Source of the DNA: Sphingobacterium wenxiniae
Lineage (GTDB): Bacteria; Bacteroidota; Bacteroidia; Sphingobacteriales; Sphingobacteriaceae
Reading direction: 5' to 3'
Assembly: GCA_040394995.1 (NCBI GenBank)
Contig: JBEBRE010000004.1
Coordinates: 825 to 64,824, forward strand
Length of the DNA stretch: 64,000 nucleotides
Shown here in pieces: positions 38,280 through 49,044 of this stretch (the first letter of the stretch is position 1; each line of letters opens with the position of its first letter). Below the pieces are notes generated by a model. That model saw only the letters and a program-made list of their open reading frames with translations, was not told the DNA's origin and made no database searches. A program made the position numbers and the translations under genes.

Positions 38280-40169
38280 TTACCAATACGGATTCTGTGT
38301 GAGGTGTTCATTTACGACCACGTCATAATTATTGAGTGGCCATAGGTAGTCCCTAACACTAAACAAAGGAATAATCACGGTAACAGGCCGGTAATAGTCT
38401 GCCGGAGTCTCGCCAAGCACATTCCACCCCTGCAATGGCCGTCCCAATACGCCTTGTAATTCTTTCCACCGCCGCAGATCCCAGCCACTCTGTCCCTCAA
38501 AGGCCAGTTCGATGCGGCGTTCCTGACGAATAATTTGTCGCATTCCGTCTTTGGTGGTTGCCTTCTGCGGATTTCTGGAATAATTGGACCAAGCTTCGCG
38601 TACACCTTCCAAACCAGCCCTGTCCCGCACTCGGTCAATATATTCATATACTTCTTCGGTCGGACTACTCTCCACTTCGTTCAATGCTTCCGCATACAAA
38701 AGATAGAGCCCCGCCAAACGAATAAGTGGTATGCGGAAACTAACCGGTGTAAAGTTCTCGTCCATGACCGACATGTAACTCGTTAGTTTTTTTGGCCAAT
38801 AACCCGTGATATTCGTTGCATTCAGGCTCTTCGGACCGGCGATGTCGGGCAGACCACGTGCCTCTACATGGTAGGCCGTGGCTTCATCTGTTTGTCCATT
38901 ACCAAACCATATCCCTCCGTCAAATCCTACTGCCGCATAAAAACGACGTTCCCGGTTGAAATGCGCTTTGGCTGTTTCATATCCTTGCTTAATATAATGT
39001 TGATTGGCTTCATCACCTACCTGAACGGAGAGCCGATTGGCGTAGTCCCAGGAAATATCTTCGTTAATCGGCACGCCTTTATTGGTATAAAACAACTCTG
39101 TTATATTAAAAGGCACGGCCCAATTGGAAGGATATGAATTAGACATGGCCACTGCTTTGGTTGTTAGTTTCGGGATGGTAAAACCTTGATAGTTAAAACC
39201 ATGGTTCAATGCCCAGATCAGCTCTGGATTTTCATCCCAGCGTTGCGTGACAATATTCTGTAAAATGATGACTTCTTTCAGTTCGTCTGATACAGTACGG
39301 ATACCGCTTGCCGGCAATAGATCATATAAACGCAACCCCTGCGCTTCACACTCGTTGATAGCGGCCTTGCAGGCATCGGCAGCCAAACGCCATTTCTGTG
39401 GATCAAAAGTCGCTGGAAACAGTTCTCTCCCGTCTTTATCCTTGAAACCTGCATAATCGGGATTACCGTTAAACAACGGACTTGCTGCCCAAACCAACAT
39501 CTCCGCCTTGACCGCCATGGCCATAAATTTGGTGATTCGCCCATACTCCTGCGCACGATTTTCAATAATGGGTGGCAAATCGGGAAGGGCTTCATCCATC
39601 AACTGTACAACGTAGGCAAATGATTCATCCAGAGTGGCACGCTTGCGCTTGGTCAGCTCAATATCGACGTCAATAGCATTGTTTTCTTTGATCAGGATAA
39701 TCGGACCGTACATCCGAATGAGATAGTAATGGTAATATGCCTTCAAAAACTTCGTTTCCGCTATCCATCGACGCTTCTCGGGTTCTTTGAGGTCAATGGG
39801 TTTATCGATGTTTTCCAACATGATATTACAACGGCGAATGGCCGTGTACATATTATTCCATTGCGATAATACAGGATTGCTGCTATTTTGCGTACCGCGA
39901 ATCAGATTGAAACCCGACGAATTAAAAAACTGTGTCTCTAATATCGGATAAACCACTTCTGCTGATGTTGTAAATCCCGGGTTATAGATCACGTCGGACA
40001 AACGCTGCATCGTCGAGTAGCACGTAAACAAATAGTTCTCAGCTTCGTTGCGATTGCGGAATGCGTATTCCAAAGTACCCACATTATCGGGTACAATATC
40101 GAGATAATCGCACGAGAAGACGGTCGCACTCATCATCGCTACACATATATATCGAAATATTCTTTTCAT
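38280..40169 (-). CDS. SusD/RagB family glycan-binding lipoprotein
   Basis: SCDYLD lipobox, EAKFL.AYYH-like TPR, ERRIELAFEG..WDLRRW, QNPYW. Confidence 0.95.
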   Translation of the reverse strand: MKRIFRYICVAMMSATVFSCDYLDIVPDNVGTLEYAFRNRNEAENYLFTCYSTMQRLSDVIYNPGFTTSAEVVYPILETQFFNSSGFNLIRGTQNSSNPVLSQWNNMYTAIRRCNIMLENIDKPIDLKEPEKRRWIAETKFLKAYYHYYLIRMYGPIILIKENNAIDVDIELTKRKRATLDESFAYVVQLMDEALPDLPPIIENRAQEYGRITKFMAMAVKAEMLVWAASPLFNGNPDYAGFKDKDGRELFPATFDPQKWRLAADACKAAINECEAQGLRLYDLLPASGIRTVSDELKEVIILQNIVTQRWDENPELIWALNHGFNYQGFTIPKLTTKAVAMSNSYPSNWAVPFNITELFYTNKGVPINEDISWDYANRLSVQVGDEANQHYIKQGYETAKAHFNRERRFYAAVGFDGGIWFGNGQTDEATAYHVEARGLPDIAGPKSLNATNITGYWPKKLTSYMSVMDENFTPVSFRIPLIRLAGLYLLYAEALNEVESSPTEEVYEYIDRVRDRAGLEGVREAWSNYSRNPQKATTKDGMRQIIRQERRIELAFEGQSGWDLRRWKELQGVLGRPLQGWNVLGETPADYYRPVTVIIPLFSVRDYLWPLNNYDVVVNEHLTQNPYW

Positions 40170-40180
40170 GGCTTACTGAT

Positions 40181-43100
40181 TTACAAGTTGATATTTAAAC
40201 CCACATTAAACACTTTTTGTATCGGATAGGCAAATCCATTGCCTCCTTGTTCTGGATCCCATAGTTTGAAGGGACTGAACGTAAAGAGGTTGAGTCCGTT
40301 GAAATAAATCCGGCAATTGGTCAATTTTAGCCTATTGGAGAGGTGGGCGGGCAGACTATATCCCACTTCCAGCGATTTGAGGCGCATAAAGCTACCGTCC
40401 CGCATCCACCACGTACTTGGTTGTAGGTTGTTGGCGATAGCCGGTACACTGACGCCCATCCTCGGATATTGGGCATACATATCTTGGTTTTCTTCCGACC
40501 AATGGCTATCGGCAAAAGCCTGCAGCACCTGTGTGTTGCCATAGATATACGGTTCAGGACTTTGGACAAAGGGACTTACTTTCCAAGGATTGATAAAAAG
40601 CGATGTGCGGGTCTGCCCTTGGAAAAACGCCGATATATCAAACCCTTTATAACCTGTCGAAAAACCAAATCCATAGACCACCTCCGGCACAGTAGGATAT
40701 CCGATGAAAACCATGTCCAAATCATCAATACGTCCGTCTTTGTTCATGTCCCGGTATTTGATATCACCTCCTTGTGGTAAAATACCCTGAATGGTATTGC
40801 CTGAGTCATCTTGCACGCTCATTACCTGTCTCGGCGAATTACGGACTTCCTCTTCATCCACGAACAAGCGTTCCGCAATAAATCCATACTGCCGATTAAG
40901 AGGTTGGCCAATAAAATGCCTCCATTGCTCGGCATAATTCGGTTCTTCAATATACGTATAGCGATTGGTCGAAAAGGTGAAATTGCCACGCACAGATGCC
41001 CACATTCCGTTGCTGAAATTTTTGCTATAATCCATTGCGAGGTCTATTCCCTTCGAGTCCACTTCACCCAGATTCGTGCTGACCGAAGCCTCCAGCCCTT
41101 CACTTGAAGGGATAAAACGCTGACGAAGAATGTCGTAACGGTGGTTTTTATAAATCTCTGCAACGATATTGAGCTTATCAAAAAAGGTGGTTTCTACCCC
41201 CAAATTGCTCATGCGCGATGTTTCCCAAGTGATGTTTCGGTTTTCATAGCTCTTGATGGCTACTCCTTTACGCTCGTAATAATTGTCGATTCCAAACTGT
41301 GCCCAATTGTTTCCACTGGCCAATTCGACATTGGAAAGATAAAAGAATCGCTGGGAGCCGATGGCGTCATTACCAACCAAACCATGGCTACCACGTATTT
41401 TCAGCTTGTTAAACCATCCATCGTTATTCCAAAAATCCTCGTTGGACACCACCCAAGATGCACCAATCGTCGGGAAGAAACCAAAACGGTGTTCTTTTGA
41501 AAAGCGTTCCGAACCATTGTATCCGAAATTAAACTCCGTAAAATACTTGTTCTTGAATGAATAGGTTAAACGCCCGGCAAGCCCCATATTGCGGTAGGGC
41601 AACGAATTGTGCAAGTCGCTTGCACTGGAATATACGGTCTGTTGCAACGTACCGATTAGTGTAGAGCTGATGGTATGGTGCTCGCCCAGACTTTTGTTGT
41701 AATCAAGGGCTGTTTGCAGATATACGAAGGTACTTGCGCTGGGTTCACTACGGCTATAGCTAAGGTATTCAGTCGCTACGTTATACCCGGTGGGCTGTGG
41801 ATTCAACCACAATAATGAATATGCACCAGTCTCTGGATCATACGTATTGATATTATAGTAAAACGGGCTGTAGGCCAGTTGAGAGTCAAAATAAGCATAG
41901 CGATTGGTGTTAAACATGCTGCGGAACTTTAGTCCTTCTGTAATGAAATCAAAATTCTGGTTCAACTCCAATTGGGCAGACATTCTCGATTGCGAATATC
42001 TTTTCTGTCCTCGAAGCATTTGTGCATATGGATTGTTGTAGAGTATTTGATTGCTGGCCGTGCCGCCGGCAGTACCATTGTTGCCGAACAGGATATGCTT
42101 TGCATTTAATGTAGCTTCATCCGGTTCGTAGTATGCCGGAAACAATACGGGACTGGTGTGGAGGGCTACATTATATAGATCAGAAGCAAACGATCCATCT
42201 ACGGTAATCGGACCACGATATTCGCTGAAATTTCCCGACAGTCTCACGACCAGTTCTGTCGTTTTCGTAAGGTTGACATTGACATTCGACCGAAGTTGGT
42301 AGTTCTTGAAATTGAGGCTGTTGTCATTATTGTTTCGCGGATCGGTTTTTAGCACGCCGAAATCCTGGTTGTAAGTACCCGCGACATAGTAGCGTGCAAC
42401 ACTTCCCCCACCACTGACGCTCAGGTTATTGCGTTGGGTCATGGCCCGTTTTTTAAACAGCATGTCCAACCAATCCACTGCCGGGTATACGTAGGGGTTG
42501 CTTTCGGGATCGCCGGCAATTGTCGCTTGGGTATTTCGGATCTTCATCGGTGTGAAAGGAAGCGGCAATTCGGGATCCCGTGTCAGCGATGCTTCATTAT
42601 AAAGCGACATATATTCGATAGGATCGATCAGCTCCAATGTCTGATTAGACTGTGAACTGGATAGCTCTGTACGGAAATTGATAGAAGCCTTGCCCTCCTT
42701 TCCTTCTTTTGTGGTCACGAGAATCACTCCATTCGCACCACGTGCGCCATAAAGAGCTGTAGCGTTGGCATCTTTCAGAATGACAAAACTTTCAATATCG
42801 TCCACATTCAATCGTGCCAAATCATTGGTGGAGAGTTCTACATTATCAATGAGGATAAGAGGTTCTTGCCTATAGCCAAAAGTCGTGACACCGCGGATAA
42901 AGAACTGCGAATTGTCCTGTCCGGGCTGCCCGGAACGTTGAAAGCCAATAACGCCGGCAATTTGCCCTGCTAAGGCATTAGTCAGGTTGCTCGCAGGTAT
43001 TTTCAGATCGCCCGGCTTTACCGAGGATACCGATCCGACAACAGCCTCACGCCGTTGGCGCTGGCCAAATGCCGTTACAACGACTTCTTCTATATCTTCT

Positions 43101-43423
43101 CCACTCTCCACTAAACGCACAACCAGTTCTCGTCCGTCTTGGGAGATGGGCATTTCCTGTGTAGCATAGCCCACGAAAGAAAAGACAATGACATCATTGC
43201 GTTCTTCCACTTCCAAAATAAATTTACCGTTCTGATCTGTTTTGGTCTCCCGACCTGCTGTCATCTTCGACCGTACGCTAACGCCTTCTAAATGACGTCC
43301 CAAAGAATCCAAAACGGATCCTGTCACGGTAATCTTGCCCTGTTGTCCAAACACCTCGGATGGGGGTATCTGCAGTAAAACAAGCAAACAAAAACACGAT
43401 ACATAGTAATAAATAGGTTTCAT
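40181..43423 (-). CDS. SusC/RagA family TonB-dependent transporter
   Basis: LKDANATALYGARGANGVILVTTK, ITWE, GDIKY.D.N.DG, WDPE. Confidence 0.97.
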   Translation of the reverse strand: MKPIYYYVSCFCLLVLLQIPPSEVFGQQGKITVTGSVLDSLGRHLEGVSVRSKMTAGRETKTDQNGKFILEVEERNDVIVFSFVGYATQEMPISQDGRELVVRLVESGEDIEEVVVTAFGQRQRREAVVGSVSSVKPGDLKIPASNLTNALAGQIAGVIGFQRSGQPGQDNSQFFIRGVTTFGYRQEPLILIDNVELSTNDLARLNVDDIESFVILKDANATALYGARGANGVILVTTKEGKEGKASINFRTELSSSQSNQTLELIDPIEYMSLYNEASLTRDPELPLPFTPMKIRNTQATIAGDPESNPYVYPAVDWLDMLFKKRAMTQRNNLSVSGGGSVARYYVAGTYNQDFGVLKTDPRNNNDNSLNFKNYQLRSNVNVNLTKTTELVVRLSGNFSEYRGPITVDGSFASDLYNVALHTSPVLFPAYYEPDEATLNAKHILFGNNGTAGGTASNQILYNNPYAQMLRGQKRYSQSRMSAQLELNQNFDFITEGLKFRSMFNTNRYAYFDSQLAYSPFYYNINTYDPETGAYSLLWLNPQPTGYNVATEYLSYSRSEPSASTFVYLQTALDYNKSLGEHHTISSTLIGTLQQTVYSSASDLHNSLPYRNMGLAGRLTYSFKNKYFTEFNFGYNGSERFSKEHRFGFFPTIGASWVVSNEDFWNNDGWFNKLKIRGSHGLVGNDAIGSQRFFYLSNVELASGNNWAQFGIDNYYERKGVAIKSYENRNITWETSRMSNLGVETTFFDKLNIVAEIYKNHRYDILRQRFIPSSEGLEASVSTNLGEVDSKGIDLAMDYSKNFSNGMWASVRGNFTFSTNRYTYIEEPNYAEQWRHFIGQPLNRQYGFIAERLFVDEEEVRNSPRQVMSVQDDSGNTIQGILPQGGDIKYRDMNKDGRIDDLDMVFIGYPTVPEVVYGFGFSTGYKGFDISAFFQGQTRTSLFINPWKVSPFVQSPEPYIYGNTQVLQAFADSHWSEENQDMYAQYPRMGVSVPAIANNLQPSTWWMRDGSFMRLKSLEVGYSLPAHLSNRLKLTNCRIYFNGLNLFTFSPFKLWDPEQGGNGFAYPIQKVFNVGLNINL

Positions 43424-43598
43424 AGTTCTTATTGGTTATTGTTCACACTCTATGACTAATTTTCAGTGACCGATGGTATCGTTCTCGAAAAAAAAGATAT
43501 AAGTCCATACCGTTTGGTTTCGCTGTCATCATCTGGTTTATTAACTGGGTTCTCTTAAAGAAAAAACGAATGAACTTGCGTACTGCTAATTCTTTAAT

Positions 43599-43660
43599 CA
43601 AATTTAGCTCATACGAGAGGCTTGCAAATGTATAATTTCATGGTAATGATGGATTATATT
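43599..43660 (-). promoter_or_regulatory. susC promoter with AraC-type operator
   Basis: AATATAATCCAT (43660-49), second half-site 21 bp on, -7 TAAATTTG (43606-43599). Confidence 0.7.
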
Positions 43661-43722
43661 ATTTACAGTTTAATATATTGTATTTCAAATAGATACTGAA
43701 TAATAAAACATACACATTGGTT

Positions 43723-43766
43723 TATCGTTGGATGAATCTATCAGCAGGTAGATTCATCCAACGATA
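43723..43766. repeat. Perfect 18-bp inverted repeat downstream of the aldolase gene
   Basis: TATCGTTGGATGAATCTA-8nt-TAGATTCATCCAACGATA; no T tract on either side. Confidence 0.85.
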
Positions 43767-43802
43767 GGAAGGACAAAAGGAAACTGACATCAACGTTGTA
43801 TG

Positions 43803-44570
43803 TCAACGTAGTGTATTTTGTGGAGTCAATGTCTGGATAATATGCTTGCAAGCTTCTTGCATAATACCCACATCCACCGAATAGGAAATATAATTCACGC
43901 CCAGCTGTATCCAATTCTTCGCATCGGTCAAGTTATCGGTAAACACGCCGGTTTTTATTCCTTTTCCGCGACATGTAGCCATAATATGCGTCATTTTCTC
44001 CAAAACCAATGGGTGGTTAATCTGTCCGCTCACCCCAAGGGCTTGGGATAAATCATATGGACCTAAAAAGATAATATCAATTCCATCTACTTGAATGATT
44101 TCCTCAAAATTCGCCACGGCCTCCGCACCTTCTAATTGGAGGATAAGAAACTTTTCATTTGCTTCTTTAAAATAATCAAAGCGATCCTTATTGGAATATT
44201 CGGCCGCGCGTACAAAACGACATACGCCACGCATGCCATGGGGTGCAAATTTCGCATGCGCCACGGCCTGACGTGCTTCCGCTGCATTGGTGATTTGTGG
44301 TACCTGCACACCTTGCGCACCGATATCAAGGGCCTTGCCGATGGCAACCGCATCATTTTCTGCCACCCTTATAATCGGAAAAGTACCCGTAATCTGTGCG
44401 GCGCGGACCAAGTGCTGTGCATTCAAAATGCTATTTGGGCCATGTTCTAAATCAATGATAATGAAATCAAATCCGGCATACCCCATGGCCTCGATCATAG
44501 ACGCGTCAGACGTCTTTGAAAAGGGTCCTAATACCGTTTGTCCATTTGTTATTTTTTCTATAAAACGCAT
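43803..44570 (-). CDS. HpcH/HpaI class II pyruvate aldolase
   Basis: IDLEHG, RV, LD.GAQG, QLE, FLGPYDLS. Confidence 0.92.
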   Translation of the reverse strand: MRFIEKITNGQTVLGPFSKTSDASMIEAMGYAGFDFIIIDLEHGPNSILNAQHLVRAAQITGTFPIIRVAENDAVAIGKALDIGAQGVQVPQITNAAEARQAVAHAKFAPHGMRGVCRFVRAAEYSNKDRFDYFKEANEKFLILQLEGAEAVANFEEIIQVDGIDIIFLGPYDLSQALGVSGQINHPLVLEKMTHIMATCRGKGIKTGVFTDNLTDAKNWIQLGVNYISYSVDVGIMQEACKHIIQTLTPQNTLR

Positions 44571-44583
44571 CGTATATCTATAT

Positions 44584-45732
44584 TTACCATTCTGCTATCG
44601 AGCCGTCACGATGCCTCCATATCGGATTGTGCCAATCGTGCACGTGTTTACTCATTTGGTCCACGTATTCTTCATTTACCTCAATACCCAGGCCTGCTCC
44701 GGCAGGAAGCTGTACCATGCCTTCTTTATAGGCAAATACCTCGCTGTTATGGATATAATCCAGCAGGTCATTCGAGGTATTATAATGTATGCCCAAACTC
44801 TGTTCTTGAATGGTTGCATTGTAGGCAACGGCATCAACCTGCAAACAAGCGGCCAAAGCAATGGGACCGAGTGGACAATGCAAGGCTAAGGCCACATCAT
44901 ACGCTTCGGCCATGGCCGCAATTTTCCGACACTCGGTGATACCACCGGCATGCGACACATCCGGTTGGATAATATCTACCGCACGGCTTTCCAGCACTTT
45001 TTTAAAATCCCACCGAGAGAACAACCGCTCACCCAAGGCAATGGGAATGGATGTTTGCCGGGCCAATTCGACAATGCCTTCCATGTTTTCAGAGAGAAGT
45101 GGTTCTTCGATAAAAATCGGATTGTATTCTTCCAGTTTTTTCATCAATATCTTGGCCATAGGTTTGTGAACACGGCCATGGAAATCTATCCCTATTTGAA
45201 TGCTGTTGCCGAAATGCTCCCGAATCGTTGCCATCCGTTCCAACAGCGCGTCCACCTCCCGATAGCTATCAATGTATTTTAGACGTTCTGTTCCATTTAT
45301 CTTGACCGTTCGGAAGCCACGATCGACCACTCGCTGTATCTCTTCAACCACCACCTTCGGCTCATCTCCACCTACCCAAGAATAGACATCGATAGCTTCA
45401 CGGCATTTTCCACCTAACAATTCGTGCACCGGAACACCGAAAAATTTCCCTTTGATATCCCAAAGCGCCTGATCGATGCCTGAAATGGCACTCATCAAAA
45501 TAGGGCCACCACGATAGAAGCCACCACGGTACATGCTGTTCCAATGGTCTTCAATAAAACGGGCATCTTTGTGCAGAAGTGTGTCCATCAATTCCCGCAC
45601 AGCAACCATTACCGTTTCGGCTCGCCCCTCAATGACGGGTTCACCCCAGCCGACAATCCCCTCATCGGTCTCGATTTTCAAAAAGACCCATCTCGGAGGC
45701 ACCTTATAAAGTTTATATCCTGTTATTTTCAT
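44584..45732 (-). CDS. dgoD: D-galactonate dehydratase (enolase superfamily)
   Basis: [51 protein letters not shown]. Confidence 0.93.
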   Translation of the reverse strand: MKITGYKLYKVPPRWVFLKIETDEGIVGWGEPVIEGRAETVMVAVRELMDTLLHKDARFIEDHWNSMYRGGFYRGGPILMSAISGIDQALWDIKGKFFGVPVHELLGGKCREAIDVYSWVGGDEPKVVVEEIQRVVDRGFRTVKINGTERLKYIDSYREVDALLERMATIREHFGNSIQIGIDFHGRVHKPMAKILMKKLEEYNPIFIEEPLLSENMEGIVELARQTSIPIALGERLFSRWDFKKVLESRAVDIIQPDVSHAGGITECRKIAAMAEAYDVALALHCPLGPIALAACLQVDAVAYNATIQEQSLGIHYNTSNDLLDYIHNSEVFAYKEGMVQLPAGAGLGIEVNEEYVDQMSKHVHDWHNPIWRHRDGSIAEW

Positions 45733-45793
45733 ACCCCAAATCTGGTTTGTGACATTTTTATAACCATAGTAGGAACATTTCTTAAACTATACC

Positions 45794-46582
45794 TTAAAAC
45801 TTATCGGAATGATAAAGCCGGGACGTCAGTCCTCCATCGATCAAAAAATCGCTTCCTGTGATGTTTCGACTCTTTTCACTTGCTAAAAAAGCCACCATAT
45901 GCGCAATATCTTCGGGTGTGGAAATACTACCCAAAGCATGCAGATCAAAGATTTCTTTCTCTAATCGCTCAGGATGTTCTTTTTCGGCTAACCAATGCTG
46001 GTAATGGTTGGTGTCCGTAAAACCCGGACATACGGTATTGACACGGATGCCGTAGGATCCCAAACTGATAGCCATGCTTCTGGTCATGGCATTCACTCCT
46101 CCCTTAGCCGCCGCATACATTTCTGTATGAGGCAATGTCCGATAGGCGTGGTTGGAAGAAATATTGATGATACTTCCTTTGATATGATGTGCAATCATAT
46201 TCGTGGCTACATATTTGCTACACAAAAAAACGCCCTTTAGATCCGTATCAATAACCTTATTCCAGTCTTCCAAGGTTGCTTCCAATAAGGGTTTGAAAAT
46301 GGTAATTCCGGCATTGTTGACCAATACGTCAACACCTCCTAACTGTTGCTCAACGATTGATACCATGGCCTTAACGCTATCCTCCCGACTAACATCGGTT
46401 TGGATATATTTCGCCCAATGACCGGCATCGGATAAACTGTTTTCCACATCCCGTCCTTCATGGTCTTCTTTGGTAGCCAAGATAACCCTTGCACCTGCTT
46501 GTGCAAACATTTCGGCAATGCCTTTGCCGATGCCTTTGCCCGCGCCGGTAACAACCACGACTTTATTTTTCAATTCACTCAT
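45794..46582 (-). CDS. SDR oxidoreductase, probable aldose (galactose) 1-dehydrogenase
   Basis: TGAGKGIG, NNAG, SSNHA, YAAAK; directly upstream of dgoD. Confidence 0.8.
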   Translation of the reverse strand: MSELKNKVVVVTGAGKGIGKGIAEMFAQAGARVILATKEDHEGRDVENSLSDAGHWAKYIQTDVSREDSVKAMVSIVEQQLGGVDVLVNNAGITIFKPLLEATLEDWNKVIDTDLKGVFLCSKYVATNMIAHHIKGSIINISSNHAYRTLPHTEMYAAAKGGVNAMTRSMAISLGSYGIRVNTVCPGFTDTNHYQHWLAEKEHPERLEKEIFDLHALGSISTPEDIAHMVAFLASEKSRNITGSDFLIDGGLTSRLYHSDKF

Positions 46583-46601
46583 TTCGGATATTCGTTGTTA
46601 T

Positions 46602-47918
46602 TTACACTTTATTGTTTTTTGTTTCAGGCACCATGGCCATTAGGAATACGAAAAACACGGCACACAGACCGGCAAAGGTTAAGAAGGTTTGGAACGTACT
46701 CAACCTGTCGATCATGATGGGAAAGAGATAAGTAATACCGAAGCATGCCACCCACAAGAAGGCTGATGCAATAGCCATCCCCTGTTCACGTATACTGATG
46801 GGGAAAATTTCAGAGATAATTACCCAGGTAACCGGTGCCAAGGTGGCCGCATACGTCCCGATAAACAGCAGCACGAAGACGCTCGCCAAATGTTGTGGAA
46901 TATAATCTCCTTGAAACGACAGTCCAATCAGCACCAATAAAAAGGACATTGTTGCCGCGCCAACAATCATTAATTTACGTCGTCCCACCTGATCCACCAA
47001 TCGGATAGCCAACAAGGTAAATAGTAGGTTGACCGAGCCGATCAATATCTGAATCAATAATTGGCTGTTCACATTCATCCCTACTTTTTCAAAGATGATG
47101 GGGGCATAAAACAAAACGGCATTGGCTCCCGAAATCTGCTGAAATACGGCAATGACAATAGCAATAACCAGCAACAGCATGTAGGATTTATGGGTAAACA
47201 GCAGCGAAATTGATGTTTTGGTTTTCTTTGCTTCTTCTTCGATGTGTTGTTTCATATCACGAAACTCCTCATCAACTTCTGACGCAGGCAACATTCGCTT
47301 CAATTCCTTAAGTGATTTTTGCTCTCCACGCTTATACAACAGCCATTTGGGGCTTTCAGGCAGGAAAAAAGCACCCAAAATAAACAATCCTGCAGGTAAA
47401 CAGCCACTGATAAACATCAGTCGCCAATTGTGTTCCAAATGCGACAAAATATAATTGGAAGTATAAGCCAGTAAGATACCGATCACAATGGCCAATTGAT
47501 TCATGGCCACCATTTTACCTCTTGTGCTAATAGGACTGATCTCTGCGATATATAAAGGAGACAAGATAGAAGCTCCTCCCACGCTAAAACCTGCGATAAT
47601 CCGCCATACGATCAGTTCGTTCGGCGTATTGGCTATCCCCATCATGATCGATGAGAGGATAAACACGATTGAAACCAAAATCAAAGAGGTTTTTCTTCCA
47701 AGGTATTCGGTGATCTTGCCGAAAGCAATGGAACCGACAATACAACCTACATATAAACAACTTGCCATCCAACCCAATTCGCCGGGCGACAAATCAAAAA
47801 AGGGTGTAATAAACGGAATGGTCCCCGAAAAAATGGCTATATCAAAACCGAAAAGCAATCCCCCCAAGGATGCAATCAGACTATAGGCAAAAACATTTTT
47901 ATACTTAGCATTTATCAT
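46602..47918 (-). CDS. Sugar porter family MFS transporter (GalP/XylE-like)
   Basis: GGLLFGFD, YIAEISP, PESPKW, QQISGAN, PETK. Confidence 0.93.
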   Translation of the reverse strand: MINAKYKNVFAYSLIASLGGLLFGFDIAIFSGTIPFITPFFDLSPGELGWMASCLYVGCIVGSIAFGKITEYLGRKTSLILVSIVFILSSIMMGIANTPNELIVWRIIAGFSVGGASILSPLYIAEISPISTRGKMVAMNQLAIVIGILLAYTSNYILSHLEHNWRLMFISGCLPAGLFILGAFFLPESPKWLLYKRGEQKSLKELKRMLPASEVDEEFRDMKQHIEEEAKKTKTSISLLFTHKSYMLLLVIAIVIAVFQQISGANAVLFYAPIIFEKVGMNVNSQLLIQILIGSVNLLFTLLAIRLVDQVGRRKLMIVGAATMSFLLVLIGLSFQGDYIPQHLASVFVLLFIGTYAATLAPVTWVIISEIFPISIREQGMAIASAFLWVACFGITYLFPIMIDRLSTFQTFLTFAGLCAVFFVFLMAMVPETKNNKV

Positions 47919-47937
47919 AACATGGTTTTTGATAACG

Positions 47938-47999
47938 CTAAGTTAGCCTAATCAGAAATCCCTCAGATGTAAAATAACAGTATATTAATGGATTTTATT
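47938..47999 (-). promoter_or_regulatory. Sugar-porter operon promoter with the same operator
   Basis: AATAAAATCCAT (47999-88), half-site 21 bp on, -7-like TAACTTAG (47945-38) at the same spacing as at susC. Confidence 0.68.
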
Positions 48000-48000
48000 C

Positions 48001-48897
48001 TTATCTGTTGTCGTCCTGCACCAGGTTGTTCCGATAATGCATTGGCGAAACGCCCATATGCTCTTTAAAAAGCCTTGAAAAATAATACTGGTCCTCAAAT
48101 CCCAGCTCATATGAGATAAGCGAAATCCTTTTGTCCGAAAACTGCAGCAGATAACAGGCTCTCTGTACCTTGAGGTGATTAAGATATTCTATCGGCGAGT
48201 ACCCTGTCCGACTTTTAAAAAGCTTGCTAAAATGCGAAACTGATAGATGTACGCTCGATGCAATCTCAGGAAGTCCTACACGTGTTCCGATATTGGCCTT
48301 CAAAAAATCAATGGCTTGTTCAATCACGTCGGCCTCTCCGTCATTCTTTTCTTTAAAAATTTCGGGATAAAGGTACGCACTAAAGAAATGAGGTAGGTTC
48401 AAAGCAATGTATTCCAGTATCTCACGGCTATAACCTTTGGAGAGCAGGCGACAAAAACGGTCAAAAACATGATGGATTTCTCCATCAAAAGAAAGCACAT
48501 TACGCCCGTCGACTACCCGCTTAAAAATGTCGTCCACCAATGTAGTCGGCTGTGCCGCTACAAAGTGCATCCAATAGATAGTCCACGGATTTTGGTTATC
48601 CGCCTGATAGCTGTGTGGCGTATGCGCCGGAATAAGCAAATAACGGTTCGCTTCCAAATAGAACACCTCCCGTTCCACCGTCACGATTCCCTTACCGTTG
48701 ATACAATGCAAAAGAATATGCTCACCACAGCCATTTTGCCGTTGACAATAATGGTTCTTGGCCTTCGGATAATAACCAATATCAGTAATGTAAAGGGAAT
48801 TTGACCGCTCATTCCGCAAATTCTCCTTCAGAACTACGGGAGGTATAACAATACGAATCTCACCCTCAAATCCTTCAAGTTTTGCTTTCGTTTCCAT
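48001..48897 (-). CDS. AraC family transcriptional regulator
   Basis: ITDIGYYP, PWTIYWMHF cupin, C-terminal double HTH (GFEDQYYFSRLFK); ATG at 48897. Confidence 0.95.
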   Translation of the reverse strand: METKAKLEGFEGEIRIVIPPVVLKENLRNERSNSLYITDIGYYPKAKNHYCQRQNGCGEHILLHCINGKGIVTVEREVFYLEANRYLLIPAHTPHSYQADNQNPWTIYWMHFVAAQPTTLVDDIFKRVVDGRNVLSFDGEIHHVFDRFCRLLSKGYSREILEYIALNLPHFFSAYLYPEIFKEKNDGEADVIEQAIDFLKANIGTRVGLPEIASSVHLSVSHFSKLFKSRTGYSPIEYLNHLKVQRACYLLQFSDKRISLISYELGFEDQYYFSRLFKEHMGVSPMHYRNNLVQDDNR

Positions 48898-48920
48898 GTA
48901 TTTATAATTGAAGCGATAAG

Positions 48921-48983
48921 AATATAATCCATTTAAATGAATAATAATTCTATCCAATGACTACTCATCTATGACTACATTTG
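48921..48983 (+). promoter_or_regulatory. galM operon promoter with the same operator
   Basis: AATATAATCCAT (48921-32), -7 TACATTTG (48976-83). Confidence 0.68.
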
Positions 48984-49044
48984 TCATGTTAACAGGAAAC
49001 ATAATCATTTATAATCCATTCAAAGGAAATATTTTTTTTGGAAA

